This document shows, in pieces, positions 13,571-26,496 of a stretch of DNA of 64,000 bases. Each line of letters opens with the position of its first letter. Position 1 is the first letter of the stretch. This stretch comes from Octopus sinensis (Eukaryota): NCBI RefSeq assembly GCF_006345805.1, contig NC_042997.1, forward strand, positions 155,496,001 to 155,560,000, given 5' to 3'. A program made the translations under genes and the position numbers. The notes under the pieces were generated by a model. That model had not been told where the DNA came from, ran no database searches, and worked only from the letters and a program-made list of their open reading frames with translations.

Positions 13571-14300
13571 TGTAGTGACTTCAGTTGGGCATAGAGTAGA
13601 TTCGAACCTGGATCAGCAATTTCCATTAACATTTCGACAGAATTTTTTTCTCACAGAAAAACAATGGTTGACATCAGTTACAATGAATGCATGGACTCGC
13701 TATGCCGATTTACGTCGTTTCCACTTGACCCTTCTAACCTCTTTTATGCGGTGGAGAGTTGAATTGAGATAACTGTCGACCCCCAAAGAATATCTATTGT
13801 TCTCTGCAATATACCCTTTTTTCTCTTGCTAGTTTTGTATAGTTATAAATACAAAAACTGGGTAAGCCCAAATCAGTTAGTGAGAACTGGCTAATAGGGG
13901 AGTTGGCTGACCGGCTGAAAGAAACACCGTCTCTTAATGAAAAGGCACAGAGGGACAACTATGGTAACTCACCAACGAAGCGGACGTCTCGTCCCACCAC
14001 TCTCACTTTCTCACTAGCTCATTTCTCTACAACATCACTCTATCATTTTCCCTGCTGTTAGAATGACGAGAACACAAACACTCCTATACAAGAAAAATCT
14101 ACGATATCTCTCTTTACTTCGCATGCTTTACGAATCATATTGTACACCAGCACACTGTAGTTTGGCAATAACAACATGTAACGGTAAATAAATGTTTGTT
14201 TACAACTTCGAACATTGATCTTCTTGCGTCTTCATAAACATCATCCTTATAATAAAACCATTACATTTGGAAACCTCTGACTTTAATACATACCGTTACA
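13571..14300 (+). mobile_element. Candidate solo LTR in a (TATG)n microsatellite
   Basis: TGTAG...CCGTTACA termini, AATAAA at ~14187, TATG on both sides. Absent from paralogous (TATG)n runs. Related copy at 49770-50481. Confidence 0.65.
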
Positions 14301-15397
14301 TATGTATGTTATGTATGTATGTTATGTATGTATGTTATGTATGTATGTATGTATGTATGTATGTATGTATGTATGTATGTATGTATGTATGTATGTATGT
14401 ATGTATGTATTATGTATGTATTGCTTTTCTCTGGAATGTGTAGCATTATCCATTATTTTACCAGTTTTCCAAGACCAGTCAGTTTGATACTGCAAGAGAT
14501 TAAAACGTAGGCAGAGATGGAAAATCAGTATTTCAGATGGTTGAACTTCTGGAGAGAGTGGTCCAGCAATAATGGCCAGTGAGCTTACGAACATTTAATC
14601 ATTGAAATTTTTATATACTTTAGCCAATGAAATCTGTCCATTCTCTGCAACATCATTTTTTTTTTCAATATACGCATATCCTAATACTAACCCTAAACCC
14701 TAACTACAGCCTGAGCTCCATACGCCAAACTATTACCTTAAAACTAACCCAATATTTTCATTCTTATCATTATATAACTCTTTACATAAATAGCTTTCCT
14801 ACCACAACAACAAATATATTGTTTAATCACTACAGCAATTAAAACAAAATCGTGCTGACTACGGTGACATAATGACTGTCTGTCCATGGTGATTGGTGGT
14901 TGTGGTGGTGGTGGTCGACGCGGATGTTGGTGGTGGTAGATGCATATGTTGGTGTTGCATATTACAAGGTAAATCTGTCATCTAGTAAAATTTGAAATGT
15001 TTCACACAAAATGATGTCACCACCACTCGCCCTTCACATTCTCCTTACCACGTCACCCAAGTTCACCGGAAGTCACCTCATCAACCCTCTAACTTCATGT
15101 TTTTGTATAAAAACCTATTTTGCGAGAGCTGATCAGAACTCGTTTGACACACTGACACAGACAAATTTCAGTGACTTTGTCCAGGAATCAGAAAGCACTT
15201 TTCAGAAGAATTAAGTGATGTAAAATAGAATTAGTAATTGAAACTGCGTTCCTAACAGAACTCTAGACATGTTCGTCCATTATTATGGCTTTATTCGTCT
15301 TCCAGGTGACAACAGAATAAAACTGGGGAATGTGTTTAATATTTCTATGGATATCATAGATATAAAGGGAATTTTAAGTGTATGTATGTATGTATGT

Positions 15398-15776
15398 ACT
15401 CTTTTACTCTTTTACTTGTTTCAGTCATTTAACTGCGGCCATGCTGGAGCACCGCCTTTAGTGGAGCAAATCAACTCCGGGACTTATTCTTTGTAAGCCC
15501 AGTACTTATTCTATCGATCTCTTTTGCCGAACCGCTAAGTGACGGGGACGTAAACACACCAGCATCGGTTGTCAAGCAATGCTAGGGGGACAAACACACA
15601 CACATACACACACACACATATATATATATACATATATATACGACAGGCTTCTTTCAGTTTCCGTCTGCCAAATCCACTCACAAGGCATTGGTCGGCCCGG
15701 GGCTATAGCAGAAGACACTTGCCCAAGATGCCACGCAGTGGGACTGAACCCGGAACCATCAGCCACTCCCGCGCCT
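15398..15776 (-). mobile_element. SINE family A with A-box region deleted
   Basis: Head GGCGCGGGAGTGGCTG joins directly to ATGGTTCCGGGTTCAGTCCC. Central microsatellite and (TAAAAGAG)n tail. Confidence 0.85.
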
Positions 15777-15792
15777 ATAAAGATTAATGCCT

Positions 15793-15864
15793 GGGCTCGT
15801 CCGGGATTCGAACCCGGGACCTCTCGCACCCAAAGCGAGAATCATACCCCTAGATCAACGAGCC
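15793..15864 (-). tRNA. tRNA-Pro(TGG)
   Basis: GGCTCGTTGATCTAGGGGTATGATTCTCGCTTTGGGTGCGAGAGGTCCCGGGTTCGAATCCCGGACGAGCCC. Canonical metazoan tRNA-Pro with A at position 10. Confidence 0.93.
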
Positions 15865-16752
15865 TTGTACGTATGTAAAAAATACAAAATGGAACAAGAA
15901 CGCAAAACATCCGGACAGTTGGGTGATACAAAAATGGGACAACAAAACATCCAGATAGACGATACAAACAAAATGCATAACAAACCCTAACCTTACACAA
16001 TATCCTAACCCTAAACCCTAACTCCAGCCTGAGTCCTAAGCTCTAAACCTTAAACCTAACCTAATGTTTTCATTATATAACGCTTCACGTAAACAGCTTC
16101 CCTACCACGGCAACAAATATTTTGTTTAATCACAGCGACAATTAAAACAAAATCGCGCTGGCTACGGTGACGTCGTAATTGTATGTCCATGGTTATTGGT
16201 GGCAGTGGTGGCTGTGGCGATGGTGGAAGTAGATTCGTATGTTGGTGTTGCATATTACAACGTAAATCTGTCATCTGGTAAAATTTTAAATGTTTCACGC
16301 AAAATCGTCACCAAATTTGAAAACTTAAGTTCCCTGGAAATCGCTTCATCGACTCCCAAACTTCGTATATTTTAGAATTAAGAAACCGTTTTTTTGAAAA
16401 TTGATTAGAACTTGTTTGACACACTGACACAAGCAAATTTTAGCGACCCTTGTCCTGGAATCGGAAAACATTTTGATAAGCTTTTAACGAAAATTTAAGT
16501 AAAATGTTTCCTAATGTTGATATGAAGAACGATCACATACATACCTACGTAATAGATAAGTTTTAGTTACACGAGACTAACTTTCTCGCAAGGTGAACTA
16601 GTTCACTGTCTGCGGTAGAAATCGGTAAAATACAGCCCACTCCTCTATTTGACCCAGTTCGCACATATTCACTGAATAAGAAATATTTACCTCCTGGTAC
16701 ACGTAGTTTGGAAGTTAATTTCAAGATAAAATGTACGTCAGAAGCAATGATA

Positions 16753-16810
16753 GATTCTAAGTCGTAATGATTAGCACTCCGAACTTTGAATCCAGCGATC
16801 CGGTAGAACT
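16753..16810 (+). pseudogene. tRNA-Gln(TTG) pseudogene lacking the T arm
   Basis: ..TTAGCACTCCGAACTTTGAATCCAGCGATC^CGGTAGAAC. Confidence 0.85.
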
Positions 16811-17022
16811 TTGAAAACTTAAATATAATTTTTTTTTCCCGTTATATCACTATTAAAATGTCACCTTGATTTTCAATTGACTCACGAATCAATAATTTCT
16901 TTGCTTTCCAAGTATGTGAAGTCATATGACCTTAATGACTTTCTCTTTCTCTGAAGGACAATTGTCTGAAACGTTACATTTCTATTCTTCCTCGCCGCAT
17001 AAATCATATTACCTTGTCTAAA

Positions 17023-17447
17023 CAGGAGTGGCTGTGTGGTAAGTAGCTTGCTAACCAACCACATGGTTCAGGGTTCAGTCCCACTGCGTGGCATCTTGGG
17101 CAAGTGTCTTCTGCTATAGCCCCGGGCCGACCAATGCCTTGTGAGTGGATTTGGTAGACGGAAACTGAAAGAAGCCTGTCGTATATATGTATATATATAT
17201 ATATATGTGTGTGTGTGTATGTGTGTGTGTTTGTGTGTGTGTGTTTGTTCCTCTAGCATTGCTTGACAACCGATGCTGGTGTGTTTACGTCCCCGTCACT
17301 TAGCGGTTCGGCAATAGAGACCGATAGAATAAGTACTGGGCTTACAAAGAATAAGTCCCGGGGTCGATTTGCTCGACTAAAGGCGATGCTCCAGCATGAC
17401 CGCAGTCAAATGACTGAAACAAGTAAAAGAGTAAAAGAAAAGAGAGT
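17023..17447 (+). mobile_element. SINE family A (tRNA-like head, TTGGGCAAGTG core-like motif)
   Basis: Pol III A/B-box head, internal (TA)(TG) microsatellite, TAAAAGAG tail. About 11 copies in the window. Confidence 0.9.
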
Positions 17448-18184
17448 AAACACACCGTATTCCTTCACGCGAAAACACAACATTGTTCATTTTTTGGTTC
17501 TTACAGTTTTCCTGTTATAAGTAAAGCCAATTGCTGGATATTTGTTTATTTATCAATGATATCAAACTATGACTGCCATAAGAAATGTGCTATAATATTC
17601 CTTTTTTATGACTGATTAAATGGAAAAAAAGTTTGAAAATTTTAGTGGCATAAAACAGAATTAGTAATCGAAACCGCGTTACTAACAGATCATCAAAGAT
17701 GTTCGTCACTTACTATGGCTTTATTCGTCTTCCAGGTGTCAATGAAATAAAATTAGGGAATCAGTTTAATATTCTTATAGATATCATAGATATGAAGAGA
17801 ATTTTAACTGTATGTATGTATGTATGTAGTATGTATGTATGTATGTATGTATGTATTGGTTTCCTCTGGACCATGTAGCACCATGCATTGTTTTACAAGT
17901 TCTCCAAAACCAGTAAGATCGATGCTGCAAAAAATCAAAAATATAGGCAGAGATGAAAATTCAGAGTTTCAGATGGTCGAACTTCTGAAAAGAAATATCC
18001 AGCAACAAAAGCCAGTGAGATTACGAACCTTTAAACATTGAAATTTTTATACTTTAGCCAATGAAATCTGTCCATTCACATACTTGGAAAGCAAAAAAAT
18101 TATTGATTCGTGAGTTAATTGAAAATCAAGGCGACATTTCAATAGTCATATAACCGAAAGAAAAAAAGTGGTATATAGTTTTTA

Positions 18185-18256
18185 AAGTTGCACAGAGATT
18201 TGAACTCGTATCACTAGATTCAAAGCCCCGAGTGCTAACAATTACACCATAGAACC
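18185..18256 (-). pseudogene. tRNA-Gln(TTG) pseudogene
   Basis: Full length with many stem mismatches, within a short inverted piece of the amplicon. Confidence 0.85.
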
Positions 18257-18385
18257 TACCGCAGACGGCGTTAAACATGTGAAATTAACTTCTTTTCGTT
18301 ATATGCATATCCTAATCCTCGCCCTAGACCCTAATCCAGCCCGAGCCCTATGCCCTGCCTCATAACCTTAAACCTTAAAACTAAC

Positions 18386-19233
18386 AGATCTTTTCCTTTT
18401 GAACGGCTATTTTCAACACAATTTCTAGTTAACTAAACACTTTTAAACTTCGTATACTGGTAGAATGTGTTCATAAAACATAATTTTTTCTCGGCTTTAT
18501 TGAGACAATTCTATATGTTGTAACATATTTCCACTTTAAAATCGAGCTTTTCGGCAATTTTAACCAATCAAATACGTCCATTTGGAGTCAAAACATACCG
18601 TGCTGTATGAATATGTCCCTCAGAAACAGACTGGGTTTATTTACATTTGCGAAGAAAGAAAGATACCCTTCCCCCACCCCTAACCCTAACTCTAACTCTA
18701 ACTAAACCTAACCCTAAAATAGATTGAAATGCAATAGATCGATACTAGGGCCATAATTATGGGTGACAATTTCATACGACTTCGCTACGGAAAATGGGAT
18801 TTTTTTCTAGCGGTGTCGTATGAAATTGTCACCCATAATTATGGCCCTAGTATCGATCTATTGCATTTCAATCTATTTTAGGGTTAGGTTTAGTTAGAGT
18901 TAGGGTTAGGGGTGGGGTTAGGGTTAGGGTTAGGGTTAGGGGTGGGGGAAGGGTATCTTTCTTTCTTCGCAAATGTAAATAAACCCAGTCTGTTTCTGAG
19001 GGACATATTCATACAGCACGGTATGTTTTGACTCCAAATGGACGTATTTGATTGGTTAAAATTGCAGAAAAGCTCGATTTTAAAGTGGAAATATGTTACA
19101 ACATATAGAATTGTCTCAATAAAGACAAGAAAAAATGATGTTTTATAAACACATTCTACCAGTATACGAAGTTTAAAAGTGTTTAGTTAACTAGAAATTG
19201 TGTTGAAAACAGCCGTTCAAAAGGAAAAGATCC
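18386..19233. mobile_element. Foldback element: inverted dimer of a MITE, 8-bp TSD AAACTAAC
   Basis: ~400 bp near-perfect inverted arms, ~20 bp spacer at ~18788-18807, termini GATCTTTTCC/GGAAAAGATCC, internal TTAGGG repeats. Empty site at ~14741. Confidence 0.92.
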
Positions 19234-19640
19234 AAACTAACTCCAATATTTTCATTCTTATCATTATAAAACTCCTCGCGGAAACAGCTTTCCTACCATG
19301 GCAACAAATATATTGTTTATTTACTACAACAATTAAAATAAAATCGCGCTGGCTAAGGTGACGTGGTGATTGTATGTCCATGGTGATTAGTGGCAGTGAT
19401 GGTGGTGGTGGTGGTGGCTGCGGTGTTGGTAGATCCGTATGTTGCTGCTGCATAAAACAAAGTAAATCCATTACCTGGTAAAATTTAAAATGTTTCATGC
19501 AAAGTCGTATCACTACCACGGGACCTTCACGTTCTCCTCTCCACGTCATCTAAGCTCCACAGAAGTCGCCTCATCGACTCTCAAACTTCATATATTTTGG
19601 AATGAAGAAAATTTTTTTGTAGAAAGTTGATCAATTTATA

Positions 19641-20110
<470 letters not shown>

Positions 20111-20624
20111 AGGCACATGGTAAGCAGCTTGGTAACAGCTTGGCTTATTACTATGGAAACAGGCACCTATATGCCTGTGGCTTTCGATTGGTTAAAATTA
20201 CCCAAAATTTGCAAACTTTAAAAGCTGTTAATTCTTTGTTTATTGATTTATGGCGAAAATGAATTTCATGTCAAGAATTACTTTACAAAACTCCGCCAGT
20301 ACATCAAATATGAAAGCAATTGGAACAAAAATTGAAGAAATTGAAAAGTGGCAGCCAAATAGAATAAATCCCACAGTATGTTATTTAAAATACTTGAGGA
20401 AGACAACGCAAGTATTAGTTAGTTACTCAGTTTAAAATCACAAACTAAATACACATGATTTAATTTTTAAGTCAGTAGTTTATCAATACTTGATTGAATT
20501 TCCACACTTTTAAAGACCATATTGCATCATTAAGGTATGACCTTTTGTATCAAATCACTGATATAAAATTGAGAAATGCTACAATAAAATAAAAGAGAAA
20601 AGAAAAAAAAAACTCTATGCACTT

Positions 20625-20689
20625 AGGTTCTACCGAGACTTGAACACGGATTGCTGGATTCACAGTTCTAACCATTACACCATAGAACT
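20625..20689 (-). pseudogene. tRNA-Gln pseudogene with 7-nt anticodon-arm deletion
   Basis: Reverse complement: AGTTCTATGGTGTAATGGTTAGAACTGTGAATCCAGCAATCCGTGTTCAAGTCTCGGTAGAACCT. Confidence 0.85.
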
Positions 20690-22003
20690 TTGATGGCTCA
20701 GTGCAGAACATTTTACCATAAAGTAAAATTCCGCACCGTGCTTTTGTCGTTCATATTATCAGTAAGCACTAGGACAGAGAATTAGCAAAATCATTAGAGC
20801 GTTAGAAAAATGCCATGCTCTATATTGTATATTCTTCACCTATTTACGTTCATAGTTCAAATCCCATCGTAGTCAACTTAGTTTTTCATCCTTCCAACGT
20901 CAATAAAATGAATTACCTGTTGAGTACGAAGTCGGTTTAACTGACTGTTTCCTTTCCATAAAATTCCTGGCATTTTATCTATAATGATTGCAGTGTGTTC
21001 TAACCATCTAGATACTCTTTCGATTCCTTCTCTTTGGGCTGACATATCTTGGTACGGTACTTTCCAATTATCGTCAGCCAATTTTTTTTTATTTACTAAA
21101 GGATTAGCCAATAAACAATTATACTCGTGAGACGGGTGTAAGTTGAACGGCGGACTTACAAAAAAAAAAAAGAAACTCTACCTCATGAGGAAAGAAAAGG
21201 GTAGGCGATTGAATGATTGCTTCCTTTTTGTAAAAGAAGTATTTGTCAAAAGCATTAATTCTTCACATTTTTGCACTCCAATTCCTTGCTTTTTTTCTGA
21301 TTATTTTTTACTCGTAAAGGGCTAAGGGCAAAGAGCATATTCTTCCAATATTCTCTCAGTTCTGGAACAAAATTTTCCATTTTACCAATACTATCCAATC
21401 CCAGAACTTGGATGACATTGAAATTTAATTACATTTACAGGGATATGATCTCGTTAGAAGCAAACAGTAAATGTCTTTCCTTATTGAGTAAACCTTTAAT
21501 GAAAGTATTCACCCTTAAACATGTAGTCTAGTCATGGGTAAACAGCAGCTCGCGGGACTTTCTGGGTGTCTACGTGTACATAACGAAAAATTATCTTGAA
21601 TTCTTTTAATAGCGCTTCACGAGAAAGGTTGATTGTACCTGGCCTAGCCTTTATTTCTAAAGTAACATACAGCTAGAACAGTGGAAACCGTTTATTATAA
21701 TCAAAGAAAATGTTATTTACCTGTTACTGGCATTAAAATTGACGGTTCCCAAACTTTACATTTAAAATTCATTGCAATTTATCCGCTTACTGGACTCAAA
21801 GCTTGCGATATTGCTATACAACTAACTCTTCGTGCGAACCGCTTCACGACCACTACAATAAATATATTGCTTCCAATCAGTACGGGGATCAAAACAAAAT
21901 TACGCTAGCTACGGAAACATAGTAATTGTATCTCGGTGGTAATGGTGACTGATGACAAAGGTGGTGGTAGTGGTGGTATAGTCGTATGTTGGTGCCGCAT
22001 ATA

Positions 22004-22235
22004 TGTTTCTTTATTGCCCACAAGGGGCTAAACATAGAGAGGACAAACAAGGACAGACAAACGGATTAAGTCGATTACATCGACCCCAGTGCGTAACCGG
22101 TACTTAATTTATCGACCAAGAAAGATGAAAGGCAAAGTCGACCCCGGCGGAATTTGAACTCAGAACGTAACGGCAGACGAAATACGGCTACGCATTTCGC
22201 CCTGCGTGCTAACGATTCTGCCAGCTCGCCGCCTT
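22004..22235 (-). mobile_element. SINE family B, full length
   Basis: Head AAGGCGGCGAGCTGGCAGAATCGTTAGC, B box GTTCAAATT. ~15-bp TSD TTGGT(G/A)C(C/T)GCATATA. Confidence 0.9.
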
Positions 22236-23036
22236 TTGGTACTGCATATAACCAAATAAATCTGTTATCAGGTAAAATTTGAAATGTTTCCCGCAAAATC
22301 GTGTCACCCGACTTGACCTTCACGTTCTCCTCTCCACCTTCCTCAAGTTCTCAGAAAAATGACATCCGCTCTCAAATAACTTATGTTTTGCATTTGGAAA
22401 TTTCATCAGAATTCATTAGTCATGTGACACACCCAGAATTTAATGCACGTGTCAAGAGGTTGACAATCTTTTATGAAGGCGGACCGAATAGGAAATATTC
22501 TTAATGTCTTGCTAGCCAAGACAAGTAAATTTGAAATCGTGATCCTCCTAGGTTATGGATAGTTTGTTTGTTCGCGCGCGCGCGTGTGTGTGCATGCGTG
22601 AGTGTGTGTATGTGTGTATGTGTGTCAGTCTGTGTGTCTGTATAATTTCAAATGTTTTTCATCATAAGCGTTTAACGCACAATAAAAATTCTTTTCCACA
22701 GTGCTGGGTGGAAACCGGCACGCCAAAGAATAGACCCAGCATTTCCTCTGCGTGTCATAAAAGGCGACTAAAAGGGGTCGAGGTAGGATTTGTACTCCAC
22801 CGTCATAAAACTTTCACCAGCAACGACTACCTAAACAAATCCATGAATTGGATAGTTGTCGCCTGAGTGGTGCAACGGTGTCATCCGTCCGAAATAGGGA
22901 ATCACCAACGAATGGTGAATGCTGTTACAGCGCACAGCACATACCTCCATACACCTAACAATATCACAGTGAAGGATAACCCAAAGAACAAGCTTTTTCT
23001 TAACAGTATGATATTGTTTAATTACATATTAAAAGA

Positions 23037-23108
23037 GGTTCTATGGTGTAATGGTTAGCACTCTGGACTTTGAATCCAGCGATCCGAGTTCAAATCTCGG
23101 TAGAACCT
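23037..23108 (+). tRNA. tRNA-Gln(TTG)
   Basis: Intact 72-nt GGTTCTATGGTGTAATGGTTAGCACTCTGGACTTTGAATCCAGCGATCCGAGTTCAAATCTCGGTAGAACCT. T8 terminator at 23119-23126. Confidence 0.97.
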
Positions 23109-23129
23109 AATAAAATAATTTTTTTTAAA

Positions 23130-23294
23130 GGCACAAGAGTGGCTGTGTGGTATGTAGCTTGCTTACCAACCACATGGTTCTGGGTTCAGTCCCACTGCAT
23201 GGCATCTTGGGCAAGTGTCTTCTACTATAACCTCGGGCCGACCAAACCCTTGCGAGTGGATTTGGTAGACGGAAACCGAAAGAAGCCTGTCATG

Positions 23295-23343
<49 letters not shown>

Positions 23344-23537
23344 CTGTGTTTGTCCCCTCAACATCGCTTGACAATCGATGCTGGTGTGTTTACATCCCCG
23401 TAAGTTAGCAGTTCGGCAAAAGAGACTGATAGAATAAGTACTAGGCTTTCAACGAATAAGTCCTGGGGTCGATTTGCTCGACTAAAGGCGGTGCTCCAAC
23501 ATAGCCGCAGTCAAATAACTGAAACAAGTAAAAGAGA
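23130..23537 (+). mobile_element. SINE family A, full length
   Basis: Starts just after the tRNA-Gln terminator. Confidence 0.9.
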
Positions 23538-23844
23538 TATTTCTTTCGTTAAGCCACAAAGGATCCAAAGATTCAACACAAAATTATTAGCATGTAACAA
23601 ATACGGTAGTGAAAATAGCACAATTCAAGTGTGATAATATCTTGAGGGGAGCAAGAATGTTGTTATTTGTTTTAATTTCAATATATAATGTCATAAAAAA
23701 ATTTTAAATACACTATTTATATTTGGTTTCACTTTTCAGTTCGGATAACTTTGTGGTGTCATGTAAATATATATGTATATTCTCTTATTCTCTTACATGT
23801 TTCAGTCCAATGACTGTGGCCATGCTGGAGCATCGCCATTGTAA

Positions 23845-24524
23845 TCATATTTCCACTTTCCACCTTTGTCGGAGCGGCTTCTGGTGAAAGATGGAGTTCG
23901 ATGCTACTGCCCTCATTTGAGTTTTTTGCTTAGATATTGGCTCATCCGGGATCTCGGCGAGCCAGAGGTCAAGTTCACGTTTGAAAACGTCTACATCCAC
24001 TCCATGGAGGCTCCTCAGATGCTTCGGCAGACAGTTAAACAGTTGTGGGCCCTTGAAACCCAAGCTATTGCAGTACATCATCCTTGCCCAAGATGAAGCA
24101 GTCGGCACAATGGGGACAGCACAGTGACGTCATGTTCGTGGTCTAGTATAGCTCTTTATTCCAAAGTTTGGTACCAGTCCTTCCAGTATCTTCCATAGAT
24201 ATATTACTGCATACCTCTCCCGCCTTCGTTCCAGGGAATAGAGTCGCAGCTCTTCCAACCTGTCCTAGTAATTCAATCGTTCCATTGATGCAACTTTCTT
24301 TGTGTAATGTCGTTGGACTGCTTCAAGCTCTGCTATCGTCCTTGTAGCTGAGAGCAGTAGTCCAGGCGGCTGGGGATAAATGACTTCCATAGTGTTATCA
24401 TAGTTTCTTGGTCCCTTGTGCGGAAGGTTCTCAGAATCCAACCAGCCGGTCTTCTGGATACTGCTACCATTTTGTTGATATGTGTGTGAAATGAGGCATT
24501 GTTGCTCATTTCTATTCCAAGATC
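23845..24524 (-). mobile_element. CR1/L2-group LINE ORF2 C-terminal fragment (disrupted)
   Basis: DLGI..HI..GWILRTFRTRD..LWKSF..RLDYCSQL and LYSLERRRERY..WKILEGLVPN motifs, frameshifted. Confidence 0.85.
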
Positions 24525-24963
24525 ATATATATATATATATATATATGAGTGGCTGGACAAACGATGCAGCGGGTTTGATCTGGACCGCAAGTCATTGTTT
24601 AACGATCTCTGCTGTGGATGATAACGTAATTTGCTTAGTATCCTTAGTACCCAGCGCCAGCCCTACACTTTAATAACTATGCTTCAAACAATAAGCATAA
24701 GGGCAGAAATTCGGTTAGGGGAAGGGTTAGTCGATTAACTCGACCTCAATAGTTCACTAATACTTGATTTTATCGAAACAGGATAGATGAAAGGCTAAGC
24801 CAAGGTCAGTCTTTTTTTTCTCCCTTTCGTGCTTCAGGGTTTGATAAAATAAAGCACCAATGAAGTACTGCAGTCTAATCTCTTCCCCCGCAAATTTTTG
24901 GTCTTATGCTTACGTTAGAAGCAAATGATAACTCCACAAAGGAGTGGCTTCAAGCAAGCAAAC

Positions 24964-25035
24964 AGTTCTATGGTGAAATGGCAAGAAATTTGGACTCTGA
25001 ATCCAATGTTCTGGTTTCAAATATCGGTAGGACCT
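24964..25035 (+). pseudogene. tRNA-Gln(CTG) pseudogene
   Basis: AGTTCTATGGTGAAATGGCAAG..TGGACTCTGAATCCA..TTCAAATATCGGTAGGACCT with D and T stems broken. Confidence 0.85.
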
Positions 25036-25141
25036 ACGGAGTTAACTTGCTTTCTCTTTAAGTATCAGTCGTTTATATAATTACTAGTGCATGACGTTGT
25101 TCTATGCCTGAAATAGTTAATACTTTAACATTTAAATTTAA

Positions 25142-25192
25142 TTTGTCAAAATATTTTCGTCGCTTCAAGACCGCGACCTGTTCACTGACAAA
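25142..25192 (-). ncRNA. Candidate minimal type I hammerhead ribozyme, G3-C8 core variant
   Basis: Reverse complement: TTTGTCA-GTGAACA-G-GTCGC-GGTCTTGAA-GCGAC-GAA-AATATT-T-TGACAAA. 7-bp stem I, 5-bp stem II, palindromic stem III. Confidence 0.6.
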
Positions 25193-26424
25193 GCTTCGTG
25201 CTGCATCTTAAATGGCTTATAAACACCTTCCACGCTGCAATTGTTTTCGTTCCAGCACACGATCTCAGATCAAGTCACTCGCTATGCAAGTACATCTCCG
25301 TAAAATTAATACTTTGTTTCATTGAAATATAAGTATAAATGCAAGACAGAATTCATAAAAAGGAGGTAAATCAATATTAAAATAAAGAAACGTTTAATTA
25401 ATCAAAATACTTTGTTAGTCGTTTAAACTTGTCACGCCGAGCTGAGCTTAATCATTAAGCGGGCCCTGGTTCGGGTCAATATCCCTTAGTTCTAGAGCCG
25501 GTGGAATTATCCAGAAGTGATGAGAAGAGATCAGATGGTCTTACCCTTTGGCCCAGTGTAAGAGGTAAGTATTTCATCTGGGAAGCCACGGTCTGCGACT
25601 CTTTGCTCTCTCCCACATCCTGGATACTGCGGTATATGGAAGTGTCACTGCTTTCATAACCGAACAGAACAAAATTCTTTAGTATTCGAACCTGTCAGTG
25701 AACTACTTCTTCCAGTCTGTGGCTTTTGAGTGTTTGTCATTGTTGGCGGCTCGCCTTACGAGGGTGCTTGGCTGTTCCAACGCCGCCGTGAAAGTGTTGG
25801 CTTGTTTCAATAGGTTCCGTTGAACCTTGTGGTGTGCGACCAATTAAGGAACTTGGTGTTGAACTGATGTGGGGTTTTTTCCTATTTTCTTTCTTTGTTC
25901 TTTTTCCTTTTTTTTTTCTTGCGGTTTTGAAACAGATTGAAACTTCGTACATTGGTGAAATGTCTCACGCAAAACATGGATTACTTTGAACATTTTTGAC
26001 AAAATTTAGTATTTTAGAAGTTATTTCATGTTAAAGTTGTCGTATCTGGGTAATTTCAACCAATCAACGGCGTGAAAAAAGTTATTGCTGTTGGCAATAG
26101 TAAGATAATGAGACATTCCACCAGCATACGATGTTTCAAACTGTTTATTCTTTTCTTTTCCTTTTATTCTTTTATTTGTTTCAGTCATTTAACTGCGGCC
26201 ATGTTGGACTAGGAGGAAGAGAGAGGGAGAAAGAGAGAGAGAAAAAGAGAGAGAGAGAGAGGGGGAGGGAGAAAGAGAGAGCGGAAAGAGACAGAGAGAG
26301 TGGAAAGATTTGTGAACCAAGTGGAAGACGGACAGATTTCACGAATCAAAATTTTCTTTGCTTTATAAAACACCGCAGCTCGAAGTTTAATTTCAAGATA
26401 AAATGTTGTCGCTTGATAATGTGA

Positions 26425-26496
26425 GGTTCTATGGTGTAATGGTTAGCACTCTGGACTTTGAATCCAGCGATCCGAGTTCAAATCTCGGTAGAACCT
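26425..26496 (+). tRNA. tRNA-Gln(TTG)
   Basis: Identical to the 23037 copy, with oligo-T downstream. Confidence 0.97.

Noticed and set aside
18670-18945. TTAGGG/CCCTAA runs as a telomere fusion site
   Set aside because: They are short tracts inside a TSD-flanked MITE dimer, and the monomer at 50969 also has them.
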